A stretch of DNA of 64,000 bases from Pseudomonadota bacterium (GCA_041178425.1 JBEGVH010000010.1:1-64000); one strand, 5' to 3'; positions 41,998-52,274 are shown, numbered from the stretch's first letter. Notes: generated by a model not told the origin, from the sequence alone. Numbers and translations are program-made.

Positions 41998-43485
41998 AAT
42001 CAAGATTTGACCAACTTTAATACTCGAGGCGTCGTCTATTTTATTGAGACTAAGGATGGCGTCAACACTAACTCCATATCTCACTGATATCCTAAATAAG
42101 GTTTCGCCTAGTACCACCGTGTGATATTTTTCTTTTGTCTTTTTTTTTTGATCGGAATCATCCGAAGGAATGGCAGATGGTTTTCTAATCATGCTTCCCA
42201 TCCGCGCATTATCATGACCTATACTGGCAAGCAGTTTCTCTGCCTTTTTTTGAAGACTTTTAGGAATCATAAGATGACTTTTAGAGTCGAGACCAAAGTG
42301 ATCGGCATAAGCCAGGCTATTCAAGTGTGGATTATACTGCTGAGCCATTTCACGATCACCGCCAAATACCTTTACCAGATCTCTAAAGTAAATGGGTTTA
42401 CGAATGTTTAGCTCTTCGAAGGGAACTTCTTTTGCCTTTCTTATACCCGGAAAATACTCTCCGGCATTACTTTCAACCTCGAGAGCGGCTAGAAAGCTTG
42501 CATAAAAATTCCGAGAGGCAAAACCAAAACTGCGACCTTCTCCTCTTTGAATAAGCTCACCGAGATCTCTCGTGTTGTATTTTTCAACTATGCGTCTCAC
42601 CCCATAGGGGCCATGGTTATACCCGGTTACGGCCAGTGGCCAAGCTCCTAGCATTTGATAATTAAACTTAAGCATCCGAGCCGCGAGTTCGGTCGCTCTC
42701 TTTGGGTGATTTCTTAAATCATAGACCTTATTTATTTTTAGGCGCCCACGTGCAGCCGATGGCATTATTTGCCAAAGTCCACTCGCCCCCACTTTTGATT
42801 TGGCGGACACATCAAAAGAACTCTCAACAAATACTAAACGAGTTAGCTGTATGGGTAGACCTTCTTCTTTGAAGATCTTCTCCATCATTGGCAAATATCT
42901 TCCGGATAAAAATATTGCTTCCTGAATTCGATCACTCTGCCCCAACTGAAACCGAATACGATTGGTGTCAGCCGCTTTCTTGATAGCCTCAATTCCACCT
43001 TCTTTTTCCCATGCTTCTTTGATTGCTTTATCGAGGGCCGTAGGCTCGATATTTCTATCTTCTGTGGCAATTCTTTGAAGTGATGTGAGAATCGCTTTTT
43101 TTCTTTCATCAAGATAACTATCCCGCATCTTAGCCTTCTGCCGATCATCTAACGATGCGTCTCGATTGATAGAATCAAAATCAACTTTTTCATAAACAAT
43201 ATTGAGGTTTTCAGTATCGTGAATCACACCCTGTGTGGTTTTATATTGGGTATAAATCTTTGTCCAAAAAGCTACGGCATTTACCATGTTTTCCCTGGGC
43301 TTGAAGACGTTTTCCTCTAAACCAAGAGCTTCTTTTTGAGATTTAAAATTAGTAGCCTTCCACTCAACACCATCACGTTCAATGATCTGCGAATTGGGAA
43401 TTAAGCTTCGTAAAATAGGAACCTCGGCTCGAAGGAAACTGTGCGAGAAAAAAATGAGCAACATGAGGGTTATTCTGATCTTCAT
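41989..43485 (-). CDS. lytic murein transglycosylase (SLT domain) with LysM, MltD-like (start moved to 43485)
   Basis: VESSF, SKVGASGLWQIM and GYNHG; C-terminal LysM YHTVVLGETLFRIS. Confidence 0.9.
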   Translation of the reverse strand: MKIRITLMLLIFFSHSFLRAEVPILRSLIPNSQIIERDGVEWKATNFKSQKEALGLEENVFKPRENMVNAVAFWTKIYTQYKTTQGVIHDTENLNIVYEKVDFDSINRDASLDDRQKAKMRDSYLDERKKAILTSLQRIATEDRNIEPTALDKAIKEAWEKEGGIEAIKKAADTNRIRFQLGQSDRIQEAIFLSGRYLPMMEKIFKEEGLPIQLTRLVFVESSFDVSAKSKVGASGLWQIMPSAARGRLKINKVYDLRNHPKRATELAARMLKFNYQMLGAWPLAVTGYNHGPYGVRRIVEKYNTRDLGELIQRGEGRSFGFASRNFYASFLAALEVESNAGEYFPGIRKAKEVPFEELNIRKPIYFRDLVKVFGGDREMAQQYNPHLNSLAYADHFGLDSKSHLMIPKSLQKKAEKLLASIGHDNARMGSMIRKPSAIPSDDSDQKKKTKEKYHTVVLGETLFRISVRYGVSVDAILSLNKIDDASSIKVGQILILP

Positions 43486-43623
43486 AATCGTCCCTTCGAT
43501 ATACAAAATCCATTTGTACCATTTTCTAAATTTTACACGAGCCTAAGTATTTTCTCAACAAGGGCTCTTAAAGTTTGTCCAAAGTCGATTCTCAACTAAA
43601 CTTCAGACCAAAGGCAGTCTCAA

Positions 43624-45042
43624 TTACGGTACTAAGAGTATATCCGATATTATTTGGTCATAGGCCGTTCGAACAGACGCACCGTCTTTATTTCCATTAT
43701 AGATAAACGCAAAAGAAAGGACTTCTCCATCTTCCATTCCGATGTAGCCCGCTAAGGAGGCCACCCCGGTCAATAGACCGGTTTTTGCTCGAACCCACCT
43801 TTGTGCACGTTCATTTTTCATACGATTTTTCAAAGTCCCGTCAACACCCGCGATTGGGAGACTCGAAACAAACTCAGGAAACAATCGAAAGTCTCTTCTC
43901 ACTTTTTCAAGAACTTTCACAAGAGCTCGAGACGAAAATTTATTATCTCGGGTTAATCCTGAAGGATTATATATTTCAAACTCTTGATCTGAAACCCCAG
44001 CCTTCCTCACGCTTTCTCTAATAAAGTCTAAACCCGTAGCCAAGTTTCCTTGAACTTCGTTGTACGCACCCAACTGTTTGGTCAGCATCTCGGCAACATA
44101 GTTACTAGAGAATTTATTCATGTCCGCCAAAAGCTGTTCAATCGGCTTACTTGGAGCCTCTGCTAACAACTTCGATCCAGCCGGTGCTTTTCCTGACCTG
44201 GTTTTTCCTTTAACACTGATTCCTCGCTGAGAGAGGAACTCTTTTAAATTAGCACCTGTCCAGGCGATTGGATCGGTGATTCCTTTGTAAGAAACCACTT
44301 CTTTGCTATCATTATCGATTTTTCCCCTCACGATAATTTGATCCCTCCCCTCTGAATCTCGCTGGCGAGAGACGTTGAAATCAGACTTTTTTGCCGTCGT
44401 GAGTTCGGCTTTTAACGTGATGTATTCGTTGACAGGGTCAATGAATACTCGTGCTGGGTCTCCTATTTTCTCACCTGGTCGCAGGAACACATTAACCGCG
44501 TTCCAATTTAAGGACATCGCTCCCACCGGTGCATCGTAGGCTCTATCTACGCGAGCATCTTCACGTGACTCATCAAATCTCTTTTCATCGAAGAGGCTGT
44601 CGTCGACGACAATGTCCCCCTCAATAGTTTTGATTCCTTCTCTTTTGAAGACATTTACTAAATACCACATCGTTTCAGATACGAAACCAGAATCTCCACC
44701 TCCAACAAGGTAAAGATCGCCCTTTAATTGTCCGTCCTCCACTTTTGCTGTAGATACTAAGCGAGTTGAAAATTTGGTGCCGGGAGGAATGTGTTCCAAA
44801 ACCGCAAGGGCGGTAAATAACTTCGTGACCGAGGCAGGGATCAACTTTTTATTAGCATTGATATCGACAATCTCTTTGCCTTTTTTGAAGACAGAAACGC
44901 TGAGGCTAGACCCACTCATGCCATGCTTTTTAAATGCCTTTTCGACCCTATTTGTGAGATCGGTCTCTGTTTTTGCCAACGCCCAGTGCTCCTGAAATAT
45001 CAAGAGTCCGATACAAACTGCTACCAATCCTTTGATAGTCAT
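43624..45042 (-). CDS. dacB: D-Ala-D-Ala carboxypeptidase/endopeptidase (PBP4)
   Basis: PASVTK (SxxK), SSN (SxN), KTG and GVDGTL. Confidence 0.93.
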   Translation of the reverse strand: MTIKGLVAVCIGLLIFQEHWALAKTETDLTNRVEKAFKKHGMSGSSLSVSVFKKGKEIVDINANKKLIPASVTKLFTALAVLEHIPPGTKFSTRLVSTAKVEDGQLKGDLYLVGGGDSGFVSETMWYLVNVFKREGIKTIEGDIVVDDSLFDEKRFDESREDARVDRAYDAPVGAMSLNWNAVNVFLRPGEKIGDPARVFIDPVNEYITLKAELTTAKKSDFNVSRQRDSEGRDQIIVRGKIDNDSKEVVSYKGITDPIAWTGANLKEFLSQRGISVKGKTRSGKAPAGSKLLAEAPSKPIEQLLADMNKFSSNYVAEMLTKQLGAYNEVQGNLATGLDFIRESVRKAGVSDQEFEIYNPSGLTRDNKFSSRALVKVLEKVRRDFRLFPEFVSSLPIAGVDGTLKNRMKNERAQRWVRAKTGLLTGVASLAGYIGMEDGEVLSFAFIYNGNKDGASVRTAYDQIISDILLVP

Positions 45043-45150
45043 ATGTCCTCCAAAAATTACCCACTAATTCTAGACCAAAGTGTGTCTTTATTTTCAGTGT
45101 AACCATTCCGAAAAGTAAACTGAATATCTAATTTGGGATGAAAAAAAGGA

Positions 45151-47025
45151 ATGAAGCGTAAAGATTGGTTTTTAAATCTACTACCTCTTTTTTTAGTTTG
45201 GCTGACCGATGGTTTTTCCAAACTATGGGGAGATTCGCTTACCCAATCGCTGGATTGGGGAGTTCTTCACTTTCAATCTCATTATTCTTCCAGTGTTTTT
45301 TTAGGATTCTTCTCTGAACTCCCCCCTTCCCTAAGAATCTTTTCCCTCTGCACAATCGCCCTATTCCTGGCACTCTCCTACGGGACCACTCAAATCATGT
45401 GGCCTATCAAGTCAGTCAAATTTAAAGTAGGCCTTTCTCTTGTATCCGGAGCCCTTATGGGAATTCTGACCGAATGGATTTACCGAGGATACGGCAGCAC
45501 CATTTTGACAATTCAAATTGCGAATTTTAAAAGCCCCGAATTTAGCCTGGCTCACTTATCTTTTTGGATTGGCTTAGGATCCATTGGGATTTCCCTCTTT
45601 ACCGACAAAGAGCTCTTTGTGCCCAATGATAATAAACGGCGAAAAAGGCTATGGATCAATCACGACTATCAACTTAGATTTATTTTTCTTCTTCTGGGGA
45701 GTGCTCTTTCAATAACTTTGATTGGCATGATTTTTTCCTACACCTACCTAAGAATGACTATAAGCGCATTTATCGGCGACAATATGGCCTTAACAAATAA
45801 GCTTTTAGTCCCTTATTTGCTTACGTTTTTTATTATATGCCTCAATTTTTGTGGCCTCTTGATTTTCTGGGGGCGTAAAATCTCCCATCGACATGCGGGA
45901 CCGATCTACGCTTTTGACAAGTATGTTAACGACCTTATTGAAGGTCGAAATCGAAGGTTCGCCCTGCGCACCAACGATGAATTCAAGCTCTTAGAGTCAA
46001 CGGGAAGAAATATTGCTGAACACTTTTTGGAAAATGGTCTCATCGACTCAGATGATGAAATTAAGGTGTTAACAACTCATAAAAGTAATTCAGAGGACTT
46101 TTCCCTGGGAGCTATTCCCATGGAAGGACAGAACCCGGATTATTCTGAAAAAAGTAATAATCTTCTTCATAATCTAAAATTGAGTATCAATGCCAACCAC
46201 GTAAGATCAGACTGTCCCCTTTGCAAAGAAGTATCGTCGATGCATTTCCAAAGCTCAATTGGTGATCATCTTGCCGAATGTGTTCATTGTCATTTTATTT
46301 TTGATCCGTCACAACACTATGTCACCAAGAGAAAAAAAAGCGCCATCGTCTCAGATTCAGAAAAAGAATCTTACTACCGACAGCTTAACGACGTTCTTGT
46401 AAATTCTGATTCAACGATAAAATCCAACGAAAGTTTGGCCCGCATCTTTTCCCTCTCCTTAGGTTCGACAAATAAAGAATGGCTTTACGAATTCAATAAT
46501 TCTCCTGGATGGCAAATTTTTTCCCACGATGGACTAACCACTATTGACGCAAATCTATCCCCTCCGCATTTTGACCTTATGGCTCTCAACAATATCATTG
46601 AATGGAGCCAAGACCCTCATAAGCTCTTGGATTTTTGCTACCAACAGCTTAATACAAATGGGTTATTGTATATCGTCACACCCAATCGGGAATCATTTAT
46701 TGCAAGGTGGTTTCCAAAGTACTGGCTAATAGCAACAGAGGAACCTTATGGGATTTTCAATTTTGAACTTCTTGCCAAAACCCTCAACAATCACTCGTTT
46801 GAAGTCATCTCTCATGAAGCACACCTCACAAAGATAACTCTTGAAGAGCTTTTGACCAAAATGAGCAAACACTCTTCTTTTTGGCCTCAGCTTTTATTAA
46901 GTATAATTCCTAAAATGGTGGCTCAAAAATTGACGATCCATCTCCCACTGGGACAAATGGCCTTAGTTGCAAGAAAATTGGTTAAGTCGACAAGCCTGCC
47001 GATGGACAGGGCATCGAATCTCTAA
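45151..47025 (+). CDS. multidomain membrane protein: inactive LspA-like + HAMP-like + zinc ribbon + degenerate methyltransferase-like domains
   Basis: The N-terminus follows the signal peptidase II layout without the catalytic Asp residues. It is followed by SHRHAGPI...LRTNDEF, CPLC-x18-CVHC and FDLMALNNIIEW...LNTNGLLYIVTPN. Confidence 0.7.
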   Translation: MKRKDWFLNLLPLFLVWLTDGFSKLWGDSLTQSLDWGVLHFQSHYSSSVFLGFFSELPPSLRIFSLCTIALFLALSYGTTQIMWPIKSVKFKVGLSLVSGALMGILTEWIYRGYGSTILTIQIANFKSPEFSLAHLSFWIGLGSIGISLFTDKELFVPNDNKRRKRLWINHDYQLRFIFLLLGSALSITLIGMIFSYTYLRMTISAFIGDNMALTNKLLVPYLLTFFIICLNFCGLLIFWGRKISHRHAGPIYAFDKYVNDLIEGRNRRFALRTNDEFKLLESTGRNIAEHFLENGLIDSDDEIKVLTTHKSNSEDFSLGAIPMEGQNPDYSEKSNNLLHNLKLSINANHVRSDCPLCKEVSSMHFQSSIGDHLAECVHCHFIFDPSQHYVTKRKKSAIVSDSEKESYYRQLNDVLVNSDSTIKSNESLARIFSLSLGSTNKEWLYEFNNSPGWQIFSHDGLTTIDANLSPPHFDLMALNNIIEWSQDPHKLLDFCYQQLNTNGLLYIVTPNRESFIARWFPKYWLIATEEPYGIFNFELLAKTLNNHSFEVISHEAHLTKITLEELLTKMSKHSSFWPQLLLSIIPKMVAQKLTIHLPLGQMALVARKLVKSTSLPMDRASNL

Positions 47026-47842
47026 TGTCTTTTAAATAAAATCGTTTTTTTTGATTTTCAATCAAGCAATGAGCCGCAAGATAGTCGCCATCTGGATTTC
47101 TTACAATGCCCTGAGGGTGAGCTTTGCGCGTTTGTCCCTTGCGCGAACCACCCAAATAAACAAATTCAATGTCTTGATCTTTTTCTAAGGCTTCAATTAA
47201 TCCGCGGAGGTCATGATTATGCTTTAAAGCATTAATAGAATAGTTTTTCCAAGAAAGATCCTTGCCTTGAACCGACAAAATACTCCTTAAATTCGCGGTT
47301 TCGCCCAGGAGGCGAAAACAATGCAAAGCCACCTCAAGACAGGCTCTGGCATCACTTTCCGCTCGATGTGCTGGACCAGCTTCAATCTTCAAATGCTTAA
47401 TAAGTGTCTGAAGCTTATGGTTATCTGATCCTTTAATTAATTTTCGAGAAATAAGACTGCTGCAAAGGGGAGGCGTTAAGGGAAGACTATATCCGAATTT
47501 CTCCATCTCCCAAACTAAGAAACCAAGATCAAAGGGCGCGTGATGGGCGATGAGAATTCCATCTCCAATAAACCTAACCACATCTTCAATCACAGCATTC
47601 ATCGACGGAGCATTTGCCACCATTTCATTGGTGATTCCGTGAATCTTGATGACCTCTTCTCCCATCGGCTTACGAGGACGAATCAATTGATTAAACGACG
47701 CGATTTCCTTACCGTTTTGCCACTTAACGAGTCCCACCTCAACAATTTCATTTCCCAAAGGGTATGCGCCTGAGGTTTCTGTATCAAAGGCAATAAAAGT
47801 TAGTTCCGACCATGGGGTGTCAATTAGAGATTCTTTTTTCAC
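46982..47842 (-). CDS. DEDDh 3'-5' exonuclease (DnaQ-like) with C-terminal WYL domain
   Basis: FDTETSG, HHAPFD and HRAESDA; C-terminal IEFVY...RKAHP...YLAAHC...KRFYLKDI. Confidence 0.85.
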   Translation of the reverse strand: MKKESLIDTPWSELTFIAFDTETSGAYPLGNEIVEVGLVKWQNGKEIASFNQLIRPRKPMGEEVIKIHGITNEMVANAPSMNAVIEDVVRFIGDGILIAHHAPFDLGFLVWEMEKFGYSLPLTPPLCSSLISRKLIKGSDNHKLQTLIKHLKIEAGPAHRAESDARACLEVALHCFRLLGETANLRSILSVQGKDLSWKNYSINALKHNHDLRGLIEALEKDQDIEFVYLGGSRKGQTRKAHPQGIVRNPDGDYLAAHCLIENQKKRFYLKDIRDSMPCPSAGLST

Positions 47843-47876
47843 GATTTAGATCCCGCACAAATTTTAATTATAATGA

Positions 47877-48773
47877 CTACTTCTTACGAACTTCCCGTAG
47901 AAACGACTCATTGAGTTCATCATATAGTTCTCTGGTCTCGGCGGGTCTGTCAAAGTTTGACTCTTTGGGCATCTCTTTTTTCTCTTGTTTTGCGGGTTCA
48001 GAGTCTTTCAGTCGACGAATATTGAATTTAATATATCCAGTTCCTGGACCTGGCGCCACTTGAGGCCCTCTAGGCTTCACGTCTGTTTTCCCATCTACCT
48101 CTGTTGAGTCATGTTCAAGACTTGATTTAACCTTCATCTGAATAAGATCTAATCGCGATGTCGCAACGGTGTTGGCTAAATTAGGGTCTGAATCACGAAC
48201 TCCTTCGAGATAGAGCTCCGAAGTGATACTAATATTTGCATTGGATAGCCCTCCAACAGCTTTTTTTACATGATTCATTATTGTTATGAACTCACTGGTC
48301 ACATCGCTGGTTCCAGGAAGAAACAACTTATTGTCTGGAATTACAAAATTAACTTCACTATGGTTAACCTCAAGTTTTTCAGCATCGCTTCCTACGGCGT
48401 CAGCCAAAAAGGCAAGAGCAATTTTATCATCCTGAAACTCAAAAAGATTGGGGGTTTTATCCATTGGCTCAAAGAGCTTTGAAACTGTGTCGAGGGGTTC
48501 ATTCAATAGATCTGTAAATAGCTTTTCTAGAGTCAACTCTACTCCGAAATTACGAAATTGATACTCGATCACACTAGGAGTAGAAAAATAATCTGAAATA
48601 CTTTGCCTTGCCTCAGGACTAATACTTAAGAGCCACATACAAAGAAAAAAGGCCATCATAGCGGTCATAAAGTCGGCAAATGCCACTTTCCAAGCTCCAC
48701 CATGGTGTCCTCCACCGCTGATGGTAATCTTTTTTATAACCGTCATTGATTTCTTTTCTTTTTCTGCAGCCAT
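47877..48773 (-). CDS. motB: flagellar stator protein MotB
   Basis: [20 protein letters not shown] with the conserved Asp; follows motA. Confidence 0.88.
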   Translation of the reverse strand: MAAEKEKKSMTVIKKITISGGGHHGGAWKVAFADFMTAMMAFFLCMWLLSISPEARQSISDYFSTPSVIEYQFRNFGVELTLEKLFTDLLNEPLDTVSKLFEPMDKTPNLFEFQDDKIALAFLADAVGSDAEKLEVNHSEVNFVIPDNKLFLPGTSDVTSEFITIMNHVKKAVGGLSNANISITSELYLEGVRDSDPNLANTVATSRLDLIQMKVKSSLEHDSTEVDGKTDVKPRGPQVAPGPGTGYIKFNIRRLKDSEPAKQEKKEMPKESNFDRPAETRELYDELNESFLREVRKK

Positions 48774-48776
48774 TTC

Positions 48777-49640
48777 TTATGCAGCTTTCTTCTCTTTCAG
48801 TTTTACTTCTAATTCTTTGAACGTTGGTCTTTCATGGGGCGCAATTGTTCGTCGAGCGAACTCGACACAGGTATTAGGGTTCGCTCCTCTTTGTAAGGCT
48901 ACCAGTGCGGCCTTTACCACGCTTAGAAAGCGTCCCTCAGCTTCGATATCGTTGAGGATCTTAGTCGCAATCGGACCAAAAAAACCGTAGGCAAGAAAAA
49001 CCCCTAGCATCGTACCAACCAGGGCGTGACCAACAAGCGATCCGATTTTTTCAACCCCCGCCGTCAAATAACTCATCGTTTTAACGATACCCAAAACCGC
49101 GGCAACGATACCCAGGCCAGGAAGACCATCGGCAATCGCTTGCACAGCGTGCTGAGCCGCATGTTCTTCTGCGTGGGCAGCCTTCATGTCTCCATCTAAT
49201 AAATCATCCACATCATAAGGCGATAAATCGGCTGCAAGAGTTGTTTTCATGGTGTCACAAATGAAGTCGATGCAATGGTGATTCTTCAGGATCTTCGGAT
49301 ACTGAGTGAAAATTTCACTTTTCTCAGGATTTTCAACGTGAGATTCAACCGCCTGCGGTCCCTCTTTTCTAAACTTTTGAAAGAGGGTAAAAAGGAGTTG
49401 CATGAGTTCGATGTATTCGTCTTTTTGCGGACCTTTTGCCGTAAGTGAGTGAACCGTCATTTTAATAGCAAGCTTGATAATTTTCATTGGGTTACCAATG
49501 ATAAAACCACCGATCGCCGCTCCAAAAATGATAACGAGCTCGAGAGGGGCAGCATGGATGACAGGAGACATGTTACCGCCTCCGGCCATAAACCCACCGA
49601 ATACACAGATCATAACTATGATTGCACCTACAAATCCCAT
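48777..49640 (-). CDS. motA: flagellar stator protein MotA
   Basis: PGLGIVAAVLG, ALVGTMLGVFLAYG and VEFARR...RPTF. Confidence 0.95.
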   Translation of the reverse strand: MGFVGAIIVMICVFGGFMAGGGNMSPVIHAAPLELVIIFGAAIGGFIIGNPMKIIKLAIKMTVHSLTAKGPQKDEYIELMQLLFTLFQKFRKEGPQAVESHVENPEKSEIFTQYPKILKNHHCIDFICDTMKTTLAADLSPYDVDDLLDGDMKAAHAEEHAAQHAVQAIADGLPGLGIVAAVLGIVKTMSYLTAGVEKIGSLVGHALVGTMLGVFLAYGFFGPIATKILNDIEAEGRFLSVVKAALVALQRGANPNTCVEFARRTIAPHERPTFKELEVKLKEKKAA

Positions 49641-49670
49641 TTCGCCTCCGAAATCCAGAGATTCAATCTC

Positions 49671-49697
49671 TTTTCGGCTTAATTTCTGTATTTTTAA
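49671..49697 (-). promoter_or_regulatory. putative sigma28 promoter of motAB
   Basis: TTAAAAAT-N11-GCCGAAAA, 30 nt upstream of motA. Confidence 0.6.
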
Positions 49698-49833
49698 GGG
49701 GTTTGCGGGTTTTCTAGACCATCATCAAGAACCGAATTCCTTCCGATTGCGCCAGGCTCTTGCCTTTTTTGTGTTTATGAGCGAACTTGACTCGTTAAAC
49801 CGATAGACGGATCGAATGCTTTGCGAGGCTGGT

Positions 49834-51438
49834 ATGAAGAGATCAATATTGCTCATGTTAGTGACTGTCCTAATGTCCGTTTTCTCTCTTGAGAAAAGTT
49901 GGTCCTTTGAAAATGAGGACCTACCATTAAGCATAACCCAGATCTCGATCTCCCCCCATCATGCCCCGGCTCTCCAGCAAAGAACTTTAAAACTACAACT
50001 TTCCCTTAAACCAGGCTTCAAGGCTTACGTTGATAAATTTCAGCTCACGATCCTAGAGCCCTATCCAAGCGCTCACTCAGCCCTCGACCTAAGTCCGATT
50101 CATGATTTTTTCGACAAGTTCTCTAAAACTAATAAGCAGGGCATACGTGAATCCGGCACATTGAGTACTAACCTTGAAATTCAAAAGCCTCTTCAAGAGG
50201 GGGTGAACAGATTAGATTTTGAATTAAAGTTTCAGGCTTGCTCAGAGACGGTTTGCTATTTTCCTCAAACAATCAAAGGGGAAACAGAATTTATTGTCAG
50301 TGGTTCCAAAACTCCAGTTTCTGAAAACCAGAAACCTTCAAGCTTGCTCGAAGACAACTTTAAGAGCGCCAAAGATAGAGGCTCATTTTACCTTTTTGTT
50401 TTTGTTTTCTTGGCGGGTGTTTTGACCTCTCTCACTCCTTGTCTTTTGCCAATTCTACCTTTGACAATTGCAGTTATTGGAAAAGGGCACGGGCACGATG
50501 CCAAACTGAAAAAGCTTCTCAATGCACTTACCTATGTCTTAGGAATTGCCACCACATACTCTGTTTTAGGGGTTGCGGCCGCTTCAAGCGGTGCGCTGTT
50601 TGGCAATATTTTAAGTAATGTATGGGTACAGGTTGGTTTTGGAACTGCTTTCGTTGCTATGGGATTAGCACAGTTTGGACTCTTTGAGTTCCAAACCCCC
50701 TTATGGCTACAGAATAGATTTAATAAAATGAGTTCAAACACCGGTGGTATTTACGTTTCGGGCCTACTGTCTGGATTTATCGCAAGTCCTTGTGTGGGGC
50801 CCGTTCTGGTTGGAATTCTGACTTTTATTGCTCAATCGCAAGACCGCTTGATGGGATTTTGGTTGATGTTTACCTATGCCTTCGGGTTAGGCCAACTTCT
50901 GATAATTTTAGGTGTATTTTCAAGCCTGCTTTATCGTTTTCCAAAATCAGCCACTCTCATGAAAACATCGAAAATTGTTTTAGGATTGGCTCTGATTGCA
51001 AGTGGCTTATTTTATCTCAGTCTTCTTTGGCCCGAATCACCAAAAATCCACAAGGGACCCTCAGCGTTGGCTGAACCCCTTAAAAACTCTTTGAATTGGC
51101 AACCCTATTCAGAGGAACGGCTTCAACTCGCTCGGAAAGAGGGAAAACCAGTTCTCATCGATTTCTATGCTGACTGGTGCATTGCCTGCCATGAGCTTGA
51201 AGAAAAGACTTTTAGTGATCAATCAGTGCAAGTAGCTCTTAAGGACTTTGTTCTTTTAAAGTTCGATGCAACAGAGGAAACCACTCAACTTCAACCGCTA
51301 AAAGAAAAATATAAGATTGTTGGACTTCCTACCCTTTTATTTTATGGAAAAGATGGTACGTGGAGAGAAGAACTTACCGTTAACGAATTCGAGTCTCCAG
51401 AAAAGTTCATTGAGAAAATCAAGCGAGCGCAACAGTAA
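49834..51438 (+). CDS. dsbD: thiol:disulfide interchange protein DsbD (start moved to 49834)
   Basis: Alpha domain QACSETVCY, TM domain LTPCLLP/ASPCVGP and thioredoxin ADWCIAC. Confidence 0.93.
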   Translation: MKRSILLMLVTVLMSVFSLEKSWSFENEDLPLSITQISISPHHAPALQQRTLKLQLSLKPGFKAYVDKFQLTILEPYPSAHSALDLSPIHDFFDKFSKTNKQGIRESGTLSTNLEIQKPLQEGVNRLDFELKFQACSETVCYFPQTIKGETEFIVSGSKTPVSENQKPSSLLEDNFKSAKDRGSFYLFVFVFLAGVLTSLTPCLLPILPLTIAVIGKGHGHDAKLKKLLNALTYVLGIATTYSVLGVAAASSGALFGNILSNVWVQVGFGTAFVAMGLAQFGLFEFQTPLWLQNRFNKMSSNTGGIYVSGLLSGFIASPCVGPVLVGILTFIAQSQDRLMGFWLMFTYAFGLGQLLIILGVFSSLLYRFPKSATLMKTSKIVLGLALIASGLFYLSLLWPESPKIHKGPSALAEPLKNSLNWQPYSEERLQLARKEGKPVLIDFYADWCIACHELEEKTFSDQSVQVALKDFVLLKFDATEETTQLQPLKEKYKIVGLPTLLFYGKDGTWREELTVNEFESPEKFIEKIKRAQQ

Positions 51439-51488
51439 ATAGAAAAAGAAAAACTACAGGCTTGCACAAACAGGTGATCAGCTCGTTG

Positions 51489-52274
51489 TTAAACAACATC
51501 GAGCTCACCTGAGCTCAACACTTGATTAAGTTTGACTCTTAATCTTTGAACCGCTTGAGCGTGTAATTGGGAAACACGGCTTTCGGTGACCCTCAAAACT
51601 TGCCCAATTTCTTTGAGGCTCAACTCTTCGTAATAATAAAGCGAGAGCACCATTTTTTGTCTCTCGGGCAATTCTTCTATTGATTTGGCGACAACATCTT
51701 TAACCAGCTTAATATTGAGCTGATTAAAGGGGCTCGCTAGTTTACAACCCTCTAATATATTAAGAATAGATTTTTTATCATAATCGCTAAACGAAGGTGA
51801 TTCATCGATCGACAATAAACTCACAGGCTTTGTTTGGTTAATGAGGTCATGATATTGCTCAACACTAATACCTAGCGCTGTCGCCATTTCTTCGTCAGTC
51901 ACCTCACGACCAAACTCTGCTGATAACTGAATTTGCTTACGATCGATTAGCTTTGCCTTATCGCGCACTGATCGCGGGATCCAATCTTGAGAGCGAAGCT
52001 CATCTAAGATGGCTCCTCTGATTCTAAACTCCGCATAGGTTTTAAATTTGTTGTCTCTGCTCGGGTCGTACTTCTCGATCGCATCCATTAACCCAATAAC
52101 GCCAGCAGAAATTAAATCATCTAACTCAATATTTGCAGGAAGTCGGACTGCGATTTTCTGTGCGATAAATCGGATTAGAGGGGAGTATTCCATGATTAGA
52201 CGGTCTTTCTGCTGAGCTGTCAGACGAGACGGGTCTTCTTTGTATTTTTTCAAAAGCGCCGAATGCTTTGACAT
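51489..52274 (-). CDS. fliA: RNA polymerase sigma-28 factor FliA (start moved to 52274)
   Basis: DDLISAGVIGL, FKTYAEFRIRGAILDELR and TESRVSQLH. Confidence 0.95.
   Translation of the reverse strand: MSKHSALLKKYKEDPSRLTAQQKDRLIMEYSPLIRFIAQKIAVRLPANIELDDLISAGVIGLMDAIEKYDPSRDNKFKTYAEFRIRGAILDELRSQDWIPRSVRDKAKLIDRKQIQLSAEFGREVTDEEMATALGISVEQYHDLINQTKPVSLLSIDESPSFSDYDKKSILNILEGCKLASPFNQLNIKLVKDVVAKSIEELPERQKMVLSLYYYEELSLKEIGQVLRVTESRVSQLHAQAVQRLRVKLNQVLSSGELDVV

Noticed and set aside
43624..45042. Predatory prey-rounding DacB with an immunity gene
   Set aside because: It looks like a full-length PBP4 and has no adjacent ankyrin-repeat gene. A housekeeping role is more likely, though phylogeny is needed.
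45087..45115. Possible sigma28 promoter (TCCGAAAA) upstream of the pseudo-LspA gene
   Set aside because: The -35 match is too weak to call.
46982..47842. Anti-phage defence island around the WYL gene
   Set aside because: The neighbours are motility and envelope genes, with no RM, toxin, BREX or CBASS-like genes and no sign of horizontal insertion.
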